From: the human T2T-CHM13v2.0 reference genome, Homo sapiens
Length of the DNA stretch: 64,000 nucleotides
Assembly: GCF_009914755.1 (NCBI RefSeq)
Contig: NC_060935.1
Strand: one strand, 5' to 3'
A program made the position numbers and the translations under genes. This document shows positions 13,679 to 27,245 of this stretch, piece by piece (the first letter of the stretch is position 1; each line of letters starts with the position of its first letter). The notes below the pieces were generated by a model. The model made no database searches. It saw nothing but the letters and a program-made list of their open reading frames with translations, and was not told the origin of the DNA.

Positions 13679-14407
13679 TGAGAGGTGAAGACAGCTGGAC
13701 TTCCTGGGTCCAGTGACTTGGAGAACTTTTCTGTCTAGCTAAAGGTTTGTAAATGCACCAATCAGCACTCTGTAAAAATGCAACCATCAGTGCTCTGTGT
13801 CTAGCTAAAGGTTTGTAACTGCACCAATCAGCACTCTGTAAAAACGCACCAATCATTGCTCTGTGTTTAGCTAAAGGTTTGTAAACGCATCAATTAGCAC
13901 TCTGTAAAAAGGGACCGATCAGCAGGACATGGGCAGGGACAAATAAAGGAATAAAAGCTGGCCACCAGAACCAGCAAGGGCAACCCACCCAAGTCCCCTT
14001 CCACTCTGTGGAAGCTTTGTTCTTTCACTCTTCACAATAAATCTTGCTGCTGCTCATTCTTTGGGTCCGCACCACCTTGAAGAGCTGCAACACTCACTGC
14101 AAAGGTCTGCGGTTTCAATCCTGAAATCAGCGAGACCACGAACTCGCTGGGAGGAACAAACAACTCCAGATGCGCTACCTTGAAGAGCTATAACACTCAC
14201 TGCGAAGGTCTGGGGCTTCACTCCTGAAGTCAGCAAGACCACAAACCCACCAGAAGAAAGAAACTCCAGACACATCCAAACATCTGAAGGAACAAACTCC
14301 AGACACATCATCTTTAAGAGCTGTGACACTGACTGCGAGGGTCTGTGGCTTCATTCTTGAAGTCAGCGAGACCAAGAACCCACCAGAAGGAACCAATTCT
14401 GGACACA
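13679..14407 (+). mobile_element. LTR12-family (ERV9) solo LTR
   Basis: TG...CA ends (tgagaggtgaag...ctggacaca), 4-bp TSD AAGG (13675-13678, 14408-14411), repeated ctagctaaaggtttgtaa/gcaccaatcagc units, U5 repeats gaaggaacaaactccaga. Confidence 0.93.
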
Positions 14408-14775
14408 AAGGGATGCTGGATTTTATCAAATGCTTTTTACTATCTAAAGAGATCATCATAGAGTTTTTAATTCTGTTCATGTGGTGAATTACATTTATTG
14501 ATTTACATATGTTGAACCATCCTTGCATCCCATTTGAAAATGGATCAAGTGGATAAAATCCATGTTTTTGTGATGGATTATCTTTTTGATGTGCTATTGA
14601 AGTTAGTTGGCTAGTATTTCCTTAAGAACTTTTGTATAGTTGGCTAGCATTTCCTTAAGAACTTTTATATCTATGTTCATAAGAAGTATTGGCCTGTAGT
14701 TTTGTGTTTTTTGTTGTGCCCTTACTAGATTTTGGTATCAGTATTTTACTGGTTTTAAAGAATTAGTTAGGGAGT

Positions 14776-14842
14776 CACTAAAGAACTTATTCATGTAACC
14801 TAAACCACTTGTACCCCAAAAACTATTGAAATTAAAAAAAAA
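14776..14842 (+). mobile_element. Very short L1PA 3' end with poly(A)
   Basis: cactaaagaacttattcatgtaacc...gtaccccaaaaactattgaaattaaaaaaaa. Confidence 0.75.
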
Positions 14843-14851
14843 CCCTCTAGG

Positions 14852-15021
14852 GAGCTGGGCATGCTAGTGCATACCTGTAGTCCTAGCTACTCAGGAGTTG
14901 AGAGGGAAAAATGGCTTGAGGCCAGGACTTCAAGGTTACAGTGAGCTATGATTGCATCACTGCACTCCAGATCAGGTGACAAAGCAAGACTTAGTTTCCG
15001 AAAATAAAGTTCAAAAAAAAA
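14852..15021 (+). mobile_element. FRAM or AluJ right-arm monomer
   Basis: gctgggcatgctagtgcatacctgtagtcctagctac...cagtgagctatgattgc...A tail. Confidence 0.85.
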
Positions 15022-16369
15022 GAATTAGGGAGGGTTTCTCCTGCTCAACATTTTGGAATAGTATCAGTAAGACTGGTAAAGTCTATCCACTGTGTATCTC
15101 ATAAAATTTGGCTGTGAATCTTTCTGGTGTTTGGCTTTTATTTGTTGGTATATTTTAAATTACTGATTAAATTTTATTTACTCACAATTGGTTTGTTGAG
15201 GATTTCAATTTCTTCCTGATTCGATCTTCAGGGATTGTATGTTTCCAGAAAATTATCCATTTCCTCTAGGCTTTCTAATTTGTGCTCATAGATATGTTCA
15301 CAGCAGTCTCTGATATCTTTTTTTAATTTTGTGGTATGAGTGGCAATGTTTCCTTTGCCATTTCTGATTGTGCTTATTTGAATCTTCTGTCCTTTTTTAT
15401 TGGTTAATTTAGTGCATCATCAATTTTGTTTAGCCTTTCAAAGGGTCCATTTTTCTTTTCATTGATTCTTTGTACATTTTTTGGTCTCAATTTCATTTAG
15501 CTCTACTTTGATCTTCATTGTTTCTTTTCTTCTGCTAGCTTTGTGTCTTGTTTGTCCTTGTTTATCTACATTCTTCATGTATGACATGGGGTTTTTAATT
15601 TGAGATCTTTCCAACTTTTTCATTCAGGATTTCATGCTATAATCTTTCCTCTTATCACAGCTTTTGCTGTATTCCAAATATTTTGGTAGGTTGTGTCTCT
15701 ATTTTCATTTGGTCAAACTTTTTTTTTGGTTTCTGATTTAATTACATTGTTTTCCCAGAAGTCAACTCCAAATATATGTTTTTGTATTTGAGTATCTGGT
15801 TAGCTTATTTTGGGCTTCTGTTTTTTACTCTTTTAGTAACTAACTAAAATAAGGTTAGTTAGATTTAGTGACCTAACTATGCAAATGCAATCTTAATTAG
15901 TGTGTTACTATTTATGTAGCATATGTATATGAAGAAATAGAGAGAAGAAAGTTCATGGAAAGCCATTTGAACAAAATATTTTTATAATACTATTAACGGC
16001 CAAAAGCTTTTATGTTTGGCATTGAAAAATCAGTGTGAGCAAGGAAGGAAAGCACAAATGTGTCACAGCTATTCCTCAACTCTATCAATTTTGCAGCCAG
16101 TTAAAGGTGGCTATCAGTTCCAGTATTATTTTTATGTTACTTTAGAAAGTTTTGGATAGGAATGCATGCATCTTTGTTAGATTAAAGGAATATGAATCAT
16201 GGAATAAAGAGACAGAAAAGTTTTTATAGAAAACAGAAATGGAAACAGTGTAATCCCAAAATAAATGTATTTCAAAATTTGACTGTGTGTTTAAATTTAA
16301 ATTTAAAATTTAAAATTATTGCAGCAGTAATGTGTCTACATTATCGCTGTAAGGATGTTGGAGCTTCTA

Positions 16370-16560
16370 TGGAATAAACAGGCAGGGATTTCAATCTTGT
16401 TGGCCACTTAGTAGGTGTGTTACCTTGGCCATGCAACATCTCCATGAACTTTTGTTTCCTTACAAATTAAATGGAAGTGAGGACTATGAAAATATGTATT
16501 ATAAATGTGATGCAAATGTGTAGCACTTTAAAGTATTAGTTTTTATCATCATCAGGTAAT
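16370..16560 (+). mobile_element. MIR fragment
   Basis: ccacttagtaggtgtgttaccttggc...ctccatgaacttttgtttcc. Confidence 0.5.
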
Positions 16561-18238
16561 ATTTAATGATAAAACTTTAAGTTTGAATACTAATAGCTAT
16601 ATTATCATTTTATTTCTCCATGATAATCTTGAGAGAGATTGTAAATAACCTGTTAAATAAATGTTAAATATTCCACTTCAATTGTAAATGAGATTTTGAA
16701 CTTAATAACAGCTTAGGTTATATTTCAAATGAATTGTATAATAGATAATGTCATAATGATAGTCATAGTAACCACACACATAGAAGGATTGAGGGAATTA
16801 AATATGCCAAGTAACTTTTTGCAGCATTTTTCCTCTGAACCACCTGCTAAATCTGAGAGAAAGGAAAAGAAAACGAGGGTAAATTTTTCTATTGGAGCTT
16901 CCTTTTTCCTTGTTGAGTTTGATAAAATTAAATCCACAGAGGTAAAAGTATTTTAAGTTTGTATTAAAGTATATAAACCATGTTTTGTTTTCCTATCAGT
17001 CTACAGTTAGGTTTTGAAGCAGCTCCAATCAAAAGACAAATTTTTCTGAACTACAGTGCACCTCTACTCTCCCTTTGCTCTTTCTTAGCTTTCTTTCCTT
17101 GTCCATTCCTTCTCCGAGCTCACAGATACAGGTATTTTATTACACTCTGTTGTCATTCACCCCAGAAGAGTACCAGGATATATTTCAAGACACTCTCCAA
17201 ACTTCCTTGTTAATGTTTTCATCAGAATATAATGATTTCAAACTCTTTGTCTAGCCTATGCTATTCAACAGCACTTTTATCATCTGACTTAGTTTCTTCC
17301 CTGTGATCTTTGACATATTGCATCACAGGTCATATTGCATCAGAGTTTCTGCATTAGCTAAGAATATGTGCTTCCTTCACTGAAAAGAAACTTCAACCAG
17401 TTTATTGAAAAACTATTAAATTCCAAACTTCCTAGTTCATAATTTGGACATCATTATAAGCTATTCTCAATAACAGTATCTATTCCTATAAATCAAAATA
17501 GTAGATGCTCATATCAATTAGGTATGTTTCTTCAGTTAAATTAAGACAAAAGAATCAAGCTATGCATTGTGCTAAGCAGGGGAATGTAGAAAAAACAAAG
17601 GACTCATTAAATTTCTAAACTGACAAATATGCTGATGTCATCTAATTAATTGAAGCATACATACAAATTTATATGACCTTGTAACTCTTAAAGAGAAGGC
17701 TTAAACAGTATTATAACAGCTCTTATATGCCAATCCTGTCAGCTTGTTATATTTCTTCTTTAGTTTATTATCTTATTTGTACCTACTAGCTTCACAGTAC
17801 ATGTGATTCAGATTCATACATTAACAAATTACAACTCCTTACCTGTGGAAGATGTTTAGTGCTATTTTAAAATACAAAAATTAAAATAATTCTAAGAATG
17901 CTGAGTATAGGCTGAGTTACCTTTAATATTTTTAACTGTGTCCAGAATTTTAAGCACTTTATTAGCATTACCATCCTCAAAGAGCTTTGTTTACTATTTA
18001 TGTAACATTTTTTGTACTTTATATATTTGTATTTACAATGATTTTAAATAAATCCCTCCTTCATCTACTTTTATTTACTATTGCCTTGTTAAAATTAATA
18101 GCATTAATAATATTCTAATTTAGATTGGGTTAGAAATCATACTTATTCATTGATTTTTAGTATACATTATAATAAACACATAAACTTGAGTTAAAAATGG
18201 ACAGCCATGTACCACTTAAAATCATCTCATAAGGTGCC

Positions 18239-18644
18239 TGCATTAATATGCTAGGGCTGTCTCAACAAAGTACTATTGACTGTGTGGTTTAATCATCATA
18301 AATTTATTTTCTTACAATTCTGAGGGTTAGAATCCTGAGACCAAATTGTTGCTAGGGTTAGCTTGTTCTGAGGGCTGCGAAGAAAGCATTTGTTTCCAGC
18401 CTCTCCTCTTGACTTGTAAATGGCCATCTTTTCCCTGAAGTTCCTCTTCCTTCTGTTCATGTGTGTGTCCAAATACCCTCTTAGGGACACAAGTCATATT
18501 GGATTAGGTCCCACAATAATGGCCTTGTTTTAACTTAATTACTACTGTAAAGACCCTATTTTCAAACATGGTCAAATTCTGAGTTATTGGTGGTTAAGAT
18601 TTCAGTGTAAGACTTTTTTGGGAGACATAATTCAACCTATAACC
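18239..18644 (-). mobile_element. MLT1B/C MaLR solo LTR
   Basis: gctagggctgtctcaacaaagtac...ggacacaagtcatattggattagg...gacataattcaacctataac. Confidence 0.85.
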
Positions 18645-19109
18645 GAGCCTAATGGAATACTTTCTTGTGTGTGACATGAACTTTTTCTTTATTTTGCCTT
18701 TTTTAGACTGATGGCTGTATTTGGAATGACCTTCCTTCTATGTAGGAATCGATTTCTGCATATTTCAATTTTATTACACTTCAAGGAAAACCACTAATAA
18801 TGCCCTTTTACACAATTTTTCTGATCCCCCTATTTCTTTCCCCACAAACCAAATAAATGACGCCTCTCATTCTCTAAACTCTAAGAGTACATTAGTTGCA
18901 TCTCTCCTTAGGATTATTTCCCTTTAACAGAAGTGCATTGGTTTAATATTAAGGAAGAAATTGTTTTAAAGAAAATTTGTTTTATAAGAGGCGTATTGTG
19001 TTCTTTTCCCTTCATAGAACAATTATTAAAAGGTAATATTTCTAATATTTCAATTGAGGACAAGGAGAAATAACAACAAAAGAGAGTTGTAAAATAAGAG
19101 TGACAATGA

Positions 19110-19307
<198 letters not shown>

Positions 19308-21492
19308 TAGCTTTGCTTGTGCAAATAGAAAGATTAACCACATTTCTAAATCATTTATTTTCTGGTTTTAGTCACTCATTAGTTTCTATTATTCTCTCCA
19401 TATTGGGTTTGTGATATAGCTGAATCCTTCCTTAAATCCACATCCGTCATCTTTCTTTCTTTCTTTCTTTTTTTTTTTTTTTTTTTTTTTTTTGGTGGTG
19501 GGGAGCATTTTGCTCATCACTACTTCAACCCCTTTGAAGGCATATTTTAGTGTTTAAGTAATACTTCATAAAAGTTTCATGAGAAAATTCTTATGCTATT
19601 TTTGAGTTTGCAATGTCATGAGATCTGTGATTTTATCAACATAGGAAAAAAATGACATTTCTTGCCACTTATGATAAGCATAAAGCTTTCTGCCCTTGTT
19701 ATACATCTAATCCAGTAAACCACTACCCCTTAGCTCTAGAGTACCTTAGGAACAAGGATGTCCCAAAAGTTAAAGTGATGAAAAATAAGAATTTGAGAGT
19801 TTAATGTTCCCACTCAGGTCCTTTTTATTAATGTGAATATTATATATGTTTTTAGAGACATTTTGTTTTTATTTATGGACATACTCATATTTCTCCTTCA
19901 GAAGCAAAATAAAACTATACATTATCTTCACCATCATCAAATACTGGCTGAACGCCAACTGTGTACAATGTCTAGTGTTAGAACCTGAATATACCACAGA
20001 GCTATAAGACACATAGCACTGCAATAAAAAAAACACAGCACATGTTAAGAGAGCTCGCAAATATATATATTCATAAATTTATATACTTATAAACATATGT
20101 TTATAAAATAAATATTCATAAAAGAGAACATGCGATAAATATCAAATAAGTGGCTTAGACACATAATGTTTACAGGAGTTCAGAAGATGGTTCAGAATTT
20201 GTAACATTTCAAATAGGTTTCATGAGTGAAATAACTCAAGTAGACCTTTGGATGAAAGGCAGTACTTATTACAGAGAAAGACAGTTTTCAATTAAGATAC
20301 AAACAGTAGCGAAAAGTGTGGCAGCATCCATATATCCCCTTAGTGCTTCAGTAGAATTTGTTATAACTGTATTTCAGTGCTCATTATTGCTAGTTCTTGA
20401 TATGACCCAGGTTCTGATTTACCACAGCACTTAATGTACCCTTATCAGGTGTGCTGAGTTCACATGCAAATTACTATATTCTTGCCTTCCTTGGGAGGAA
20501 AAAACAACAGGATATAAAACAATGGAAGACAAGTTCTACTGAAGTCCATAAATTCCAGGCTAAAAATTAATCTGATGAGCAATAAAATTATTACAGATCT
20601 TGAGGAATAATGGAAAAAAACTTAAAGCATGCAGAACCCTCATAAAGTCATTGCACATATATTGTTTTGAGTTAAAGGGTCTTCTAGAATGTTGTCAGTA
20701 GGAATACAAGGAGATGAATTTCAAAGTATTTTAATAAAAAATTTGCAACTTTGTTTAATGTATTATTACTTAAAATACACAGAAAAATGATTTGATCAGA
20801 AGACATTTTTGCAAAGATGGTGTTGTATATAGCAGGTTGACAGCATTTCTTTCCCCGAATATTTAATGTAATAAAAAATTAACTAAAACTAACCAAAATA
20901 ATAACAATAATAAAACAATAAGAGCAAGAATATTATGAACTAAAAAATATTTATAAACCTATGCCTAAACTTCTTGCCAAGGAAATAAGCTGAAAAATGC
21001 TAGTGTATGTTAACCTTATATAGAAAAGCTGTGGTTTCAAACAAGCAGAAACTGGGGAAGAAGGTAAGTCAACAAAATCATCACACTTCCCCCATCAACA
21101 TAGAAACCGGTACATGAGTCAAGGGCAAACCTTTGAGAACCTTCTGCATACCTACATTGTACCTCATCAAGCATAGAAAAAGGCCACTAAGCTTTCCATC
21201 TTTTAGGGAATAGCACTGAAGTAGAGAATGGGTAAACTCCATTATCAGATTTGTGAAGTTAGTCCTAGTACATGGCATTTCAAAAATCAGGGACATTACA
21301 GAGCCCAGATTCCACAGACCACTGCATTCTCCATCAGTGAATCTGTCAATTCACCTCATGCAATCCTCAAACTTCACACTCAACTTGCAGTTAAAAAAGA
21401 CAGAAAAATAATATCCAGTTATTATAATTTTGGCAACATGTACATGGACAGTAGTTTCAAAGAAGATGGAAAAGATTTTAAGAATACTCACT

Positions 21493-21808
<316 letters not shown>

Positions 21809-22499
21809 TTATACCAAATGAAGAAATGAAGGTTATGATTGATGGGAAATTAAATACATAAGTGAATAATAAATTCTATACAAGATTTCTCAATATTGCC
21901 TTCTCCCTTTCTTGTATGAACATGATAAATATAAATGCCATGATGTTGCACACATTGATTATTGTTTGCCTCTAATACTACCCTACACTTTTTCCCCCAC
22001 TTTGCAGAAAAGCCCAATTTCACTCAGAACTGCCATGTCTCCAGGCCTAGAAAAATAATCATGATTGCTTTAAATCCTTTGATAAGGTCATTTTTTTTCC
22101 AGCTTACCTTGCACCTGGGAGTCACCATGAGACTGAAGATTCTCTCCCCATGGATAAAAGAATAGCCCTTTGCCTATCATACCCCTGCAGAAAGAAATAT
22201 AAATAAAATTATAGTATTAAAAAGTACATATGAATGAAGAATAGAAATTCAACATACTTTTTTTTTCAATTTCTACAACCTCTTCTTGCTCACACAATTG
22301 CCGAACTTTGAGCCCAACATAGTCTGGGTATTAAAAAGAAAATTATAGTAGATGAGAGAAAGATTATACCCCAATGTCACTGGCTCATCTGTAGTATCTA
22401 CAATCTTGCAAATAGTATCTGAGTGTGCTGGACCAAGAAAGATTGAGTTTAATTTTGCTTCAGTCAGAATATACTGATACAGATGTCCTAACACAATGT

Positions 22500-23350
22500 T
22501 ATGTATGCAGCATTCTGGCTCTGGTAGACAGCTGCAGTTTTACTTTATGGCTTAGCTAAAGCAAACGTAGATCTAAATCTGTACTATAGATATTGTGGGA
22601 CAGAAACATGTTTACATAATATAGTAAAAGCTACTTAAAAAACTTGGGAGATGGAAATGTTTTGGATTCATCATGTGCTTATGCTCCCTCTAAAAATGGC
22701 TAATTTAAAGAGAGAGAGAGATTTGAAAGACTTGAACTTCATTCTAATTTGGATGAATTATTTGTGTGTCAGAATCTTAATAGTCCTATGCAGTTTTGCC
22801 ATACGGTGTATGCTGGTGGGGAGATCTTCAATTAAAACATAGGCTCCCCATTTTCAATTGTACTGGAAGGGACTAAGTATTGACAAGCAGAGGTGGCTAC
22901 AATTTTCCACCAAAAGCAAAGTGGTAATGGTACTTATCATAGTTAGCAGAAGAATCAGATATCTAAGATTGTTTTATTACATTGAAGAGTCAGGTTTTAG
23001 CTTGTTGAATTAGTTATTCCAAATGATAAAGTCAATAGGCAAACTAATAAGAATATATGACTAACATAGCATACCTATGACATCAGTCACTACGCTAGAG
23101 GGTTTGGTACCACCATTACCTGTAACACCCAGAACAACTTGACTGAAGGTGGGTATTTCTGTTCTGGAGAAAGATTAAAACCCACAGCTATGTAGAACTA
23201 TTGAGTACTTAATCCAGTTCCATATTAAGCCCAAAGAACGTGGAATACTGGTCCAGACAGATCCATGAGAGAAATTATGGGAGGACTAGAGATAAAATTC
23301 TCAACTAAGTCTACCTAACAATTGTCCCATTTAGAACTAAAAAAAATTTA
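22500..23350 (+). mobile_element. Highly degenerate ERVL-like internal (gag region) fragment
   Basis: gcagaggtggctacaattttccaccaaaagcaaagtggtaatgg...gttattccaaatgataaagtcaataggcaaacta resembles ERVL gag from memory. Confidence 0.35.
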
Positions 23351-23389
23351 TAACATCATTCTCTGGAAAAATACTCTCTGAATTAGTTT

Positions 23390-24120
23390 TTTTTTTTAAT
23401 TTATGGAGAATTATAATATATAGGAAATGATAAGTATGATACCAAGTATATACATCAATAAATTATAACAACCAGAACATAATTTTATAAAAAATTTTGT
23501 ATTAAATGGACCTCAGGAGCTCCCTTTATGCTTCCCTCCAATTACTTCTCCCTCCCTGTCTTAACTGATTTTCTCACTAATAATTTATAATTAGTTATTA
23601 TAATAGTTTTGCCCATTTTGTATTTTTATCAATGTAACTGACTATATAATACATACTATTTTGAGTTTGTCTCCTTTCACCACGTATTATGTTTGTGAGG
23701 TTTAGCAAGATTGTTGTACATATTATAAATTATTCTCTCTCAGTATATTATAGTATTTCCTTGTATGAGTATACCATTAATCAATTCTATGGTAAGGAGT
23801 ATTTGAGTAGCTTTGACAAACCCATTTTATAAATTGGTTATACTAATTTAAGTTCCCACAAACCATGTATGAAAGTTCTGAATATTTCACCTGTTCAACT
23901 CTGATGTTCATAGTAGGAATTTTCATTTAGTCATTTTTGTGTGATTGTATTGGTATATGTATAGCAGTTTGATTTTAATTTGCAGTCTCTGGTGATTAAT
24001 GAAATTGAACACTTTTTCATATATTTATCACTAATTTGGAAACCTCTTTTGCAATGAGTATAAAATATTTTACATGTATAAGTTAGGTTTTCTTTTTTGA
24101 TACATTTTCTGAATGAACAC
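23390..24120 (-). mobile_element. Ancient L1ME-like 3' region
   Basis: ctttcaccacgtattatgtttgtgagg, tactaatttaagttcccac, ttttaatttgcagtctctggtgattaatga. Confidence 0.65.
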
Positions 24121-24829
24121 AAGATCATTTCCCATGATAAAAGTGTTCTTACTAACCCAGTGGACAAGCTAACCCAATCTTCATATACTTGTGAGTGTTC
24201 TTCACTCAGCACAGGACTTAATTATCTCATGAGCAAAACAGCCAGCTGGCAGGAATGTAATCCAAACGTAGTTTCAAACGTGGACTCCCTCAACAAGGCA
24301 CCACTGATTTTGGTACCATCATTATTGAAAGTCTAATTTGCTACCCAAAATGATAAATATAAGTAATATCTGTGAAAGTATCTATGTCTACGCACTTTTC
24401 TTGTCAGTCATTCCATCACAAAGTGTTGCTGCCTCCTTGGGCCCTACCTAGGAAACAACAGATAGGACTTGTCTCTTTTCATCTCTTTCTCTCTCTCTCT
24501 GTAGCTCTGTGCAGTCTTTTATTTTAAGGAAGTGGGGCATTAGCAGGAGGAGGAGGCCTAGTTTCACTTTTTATGTTTCTCCCAAATCTCTCTCTTACCT
24601 AGAGTTTCTTAAGGCTTCAGAACTTCAAAACCAAAGCCGGAAAGACTCCTATATTTATTTACTTCCTACCAAATCTCGTTACCGAAGCAATGATCATGAG
24701 GCTGATAAAATCTTAGTTGGAGGAAAATAATAATTATATAAATATCATAACAATGGTATTATTGTGATAACATTACCCCTACACGATGAATTTTCCATAA
24801 TAGTCTCAGGGTTTTTTTTTTTTTTTTTT

Positions 24830-24985
24830 CATTTTAACTGAGTGAACTTGAACAAGTTATTTAACCTTTCTAAGCCTCATTTCCTTCAATTAGTAAAGGG
24901 TCCATAATAGCAATGTTTCAGCAGTTTCATGATTAGTAAGTGACTCAGTACAGCATCTGGCTCCTTTTAAACTTGTTCAGTACAT
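24830..24985 (+). mobile_element. MIR fragment
   Basis: gtgaacttgaacaagttatttaacctttctaagcctcatttcc. Confidence 0.7.
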
Positions 24986-27004
24986 GATAGCTATATATAA
25001 GCCACGTACTGTTATTCAAATAATTTATAGAAGGCAGCTAAGAAGGGAGAATTTCTGTGAACTTTCCCTGCAGTGGTTCTTTAACTCCAATAGCTACAGT
25101 CATTACATTCAGACTAGTACTATTAATGTGCCACCAATAATTTCAGAAAACATCTTGACAATAGCTCAAGTTCTAAGAGAAGGTCTAAAAGACCTTCAAG
25201 AGTGAGGCTGAAGAAGTCAGCCAGCAAACCTAAAGAACTAGCAGAACTGACAGCATCCCCAAGGAAATGGGGCCAGGTTAATGCTCATTGCCAGGAATTT
25301 TTGCTCCAGAATTTTCAAAACTCACAGGAGGTCACAGATGAGACAGGCTCTCAGAATCTCCTATGGCTTCCTGATGTCACAAGTGCCCTTGCTGTCCTGT
25401 CATGTCACATGCCAAAAATAAAAACTCTTCCTATGCTCTTCCTTAGCAAAGCTCTGTGGTCTTCATATTTTGGATGTAAGAGGAGACAAATGCAACAATG
25501 CATATACCGTGGCTTGAGGACCAAAACTCTTCTTAAAATCTTATTTAGAGATCACAAATAGTAATATTTGAGTGCAAAAGTGGCCAAGATTTTAATGTCT
25601 CTTTTGCTAAGTTTTTTTAATAAGACATTTTAGTGCTGCAATATAGGGGGTGTGTGTGTGTATGTGCACGTTGTGCACATGTGTGCGTTTGAGCCTGAAG
25701 GTATTTATTCATGTCCCTGATGACTGTTAAGCATCATTAAAGGAAATTAAACAACTGGGATGGGGAAGCACTTAAAGCTTATTAATTCTCAAAATTTTAC
25801 AGTGTGATGGGAAAATAGTGATGCAAAATATTATAAGCAAGGCAAGGATTGACAATTAGATTTTTTATTTTCTCACTTATATAAATTAACAGAAAATCAG
25901 AAGCTGTTCTAGGTATATTCCCTTCCTTTTATATTTTGCCTGTTGTCACTCATTTCTTTATCTATCCCACCCTACTCCCATCATATGCACACTTACAATA
26001 AATAAACCTTTGTTTTCCATTCATACCTGAATAGTTTTGCATCTGAAGGGTTTTATTTTAATGTTTTTCTCTCTTTGAATGAAATGTTGTTCCATATAAC
26101 TACATCTCTAAATAACTTACGGACTTTTAGAACATGTTGTAGAATAAACCATACTTAAGAGGCTATCTCATTTTTACTTGTTAAATAAAAACACTCTCTC
26201 ATTTGAAACTTCATAAAATTTAAGCTGAATATTTCTTAGAGCCTACATTGTTTTCTGTTGTAATTATTTGAATTTATTCTAAAATTTTTAAATTCTGTGT
26301 CACTTTAGGTTGAACAATGTAAATATTTCATAAATATTACAAAAGTATGAATAAATAAGAGAATCAATACAGTGAATTTATTCTAGCAATCAGCCTATTT
26401 TCCTATAGAGCCATCCACATTTAATCAGATACAAATATTAAAGCAGTACCTTAATATTGAGGGTAATAATGCAATTCTAAAAGTTCCTGGTGTGCTTATT
26501 TTTAGTACAATAAAGCATTTATGATATGCCTACTATATGCATGGTTTCATATTAAACAATCAAGATACAGAAACAAATTAAAAAGGAATAAACCTTTTTT
26601 CAGTTGAAATTATTATGCAAACAAACAAATCATAATACCTAATGACAGAATAATGAAATAGTAAGGTAAAAGATATAAAAATAGCATTTTAAAAGACTGA
26701 TTAACAGTATTTGGCAGGGGAAATATTATCTAAGGAGAATACTTTAGCCTGGATATTCTTTATAGAACGTGCCTTGTTTGTAAAGGCACAGTTAAAAGGA
26801 GAATCTGGAGTGATAAATAATCTGTGTATTATCATTGAAACACAAGTGAAGTGAGGGAAGTGTTTTTTGCTTTGATGGGAAATTAGCTCTATGGGATAGG
26901 CATGGGCCATGATGTGAAAAATATTGTATTCCATGCTTAAGAATGTTATATTGTAATATTGGAAACCATAACAAGATTTTCAGCAGTTTGGTGGCATGAC
27001 CCAT

Positions 27005-27245
27005 GATGTAGTGATGAAAAGTATGGGCTCTGAATCCACATTGTCAGGATTTGGAAACCACGTTTGCCAATAACAAATTATCAGACCTTAGTTTATATAA
27101 ATTTTTTGTGCATTGATTTTAATGTCTATAAATGGTGAATAAAATATTACCTATATCATTGAGTTGTGAGAATTGAATTAGTTAGTATATCAAAATCACT
27201 TAAAACCTGTCATACAGTAAAGCTAATACAAGTATGAGTTATTCT
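27005..27245 (+). mobile_element. MIR
   Basis: gtagtgatgaaaagtatgggctctgaatc...ctataaatgg...acctatatcattgagttgtgagaatt. Confidence 0.65.

Larger units (their letters stand above)
11340..15765 (-). mobile_element. 5'-truncated old primate L1 (L1PA15-16/L1PB-like) with nested insertions
   Basis: 3' end gtgcaggtttgttacatgg; degenerate ORF2 RT peptides in the track ([41 protein letters not shown]). Confidence 0.92.

Noticed and set aside
13730-14400. Regularly spaced direct repeats resembling a CRISPR-like array
   Set aside because: Intrinsic U3/U5 tandem repeats of LTR12 in a primate context with no cas genes
17836-17846. Strong minus-strand donor CAG|GTAAGG
   Set aside because: No convincing upstream acceptor or promoter found
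25202-25561. 119-aa ORF in apparently unique sequence
   Set aside because: Starts at GTG, no recognisable domain, no supporting splice or Kozak signal; consistent with chance
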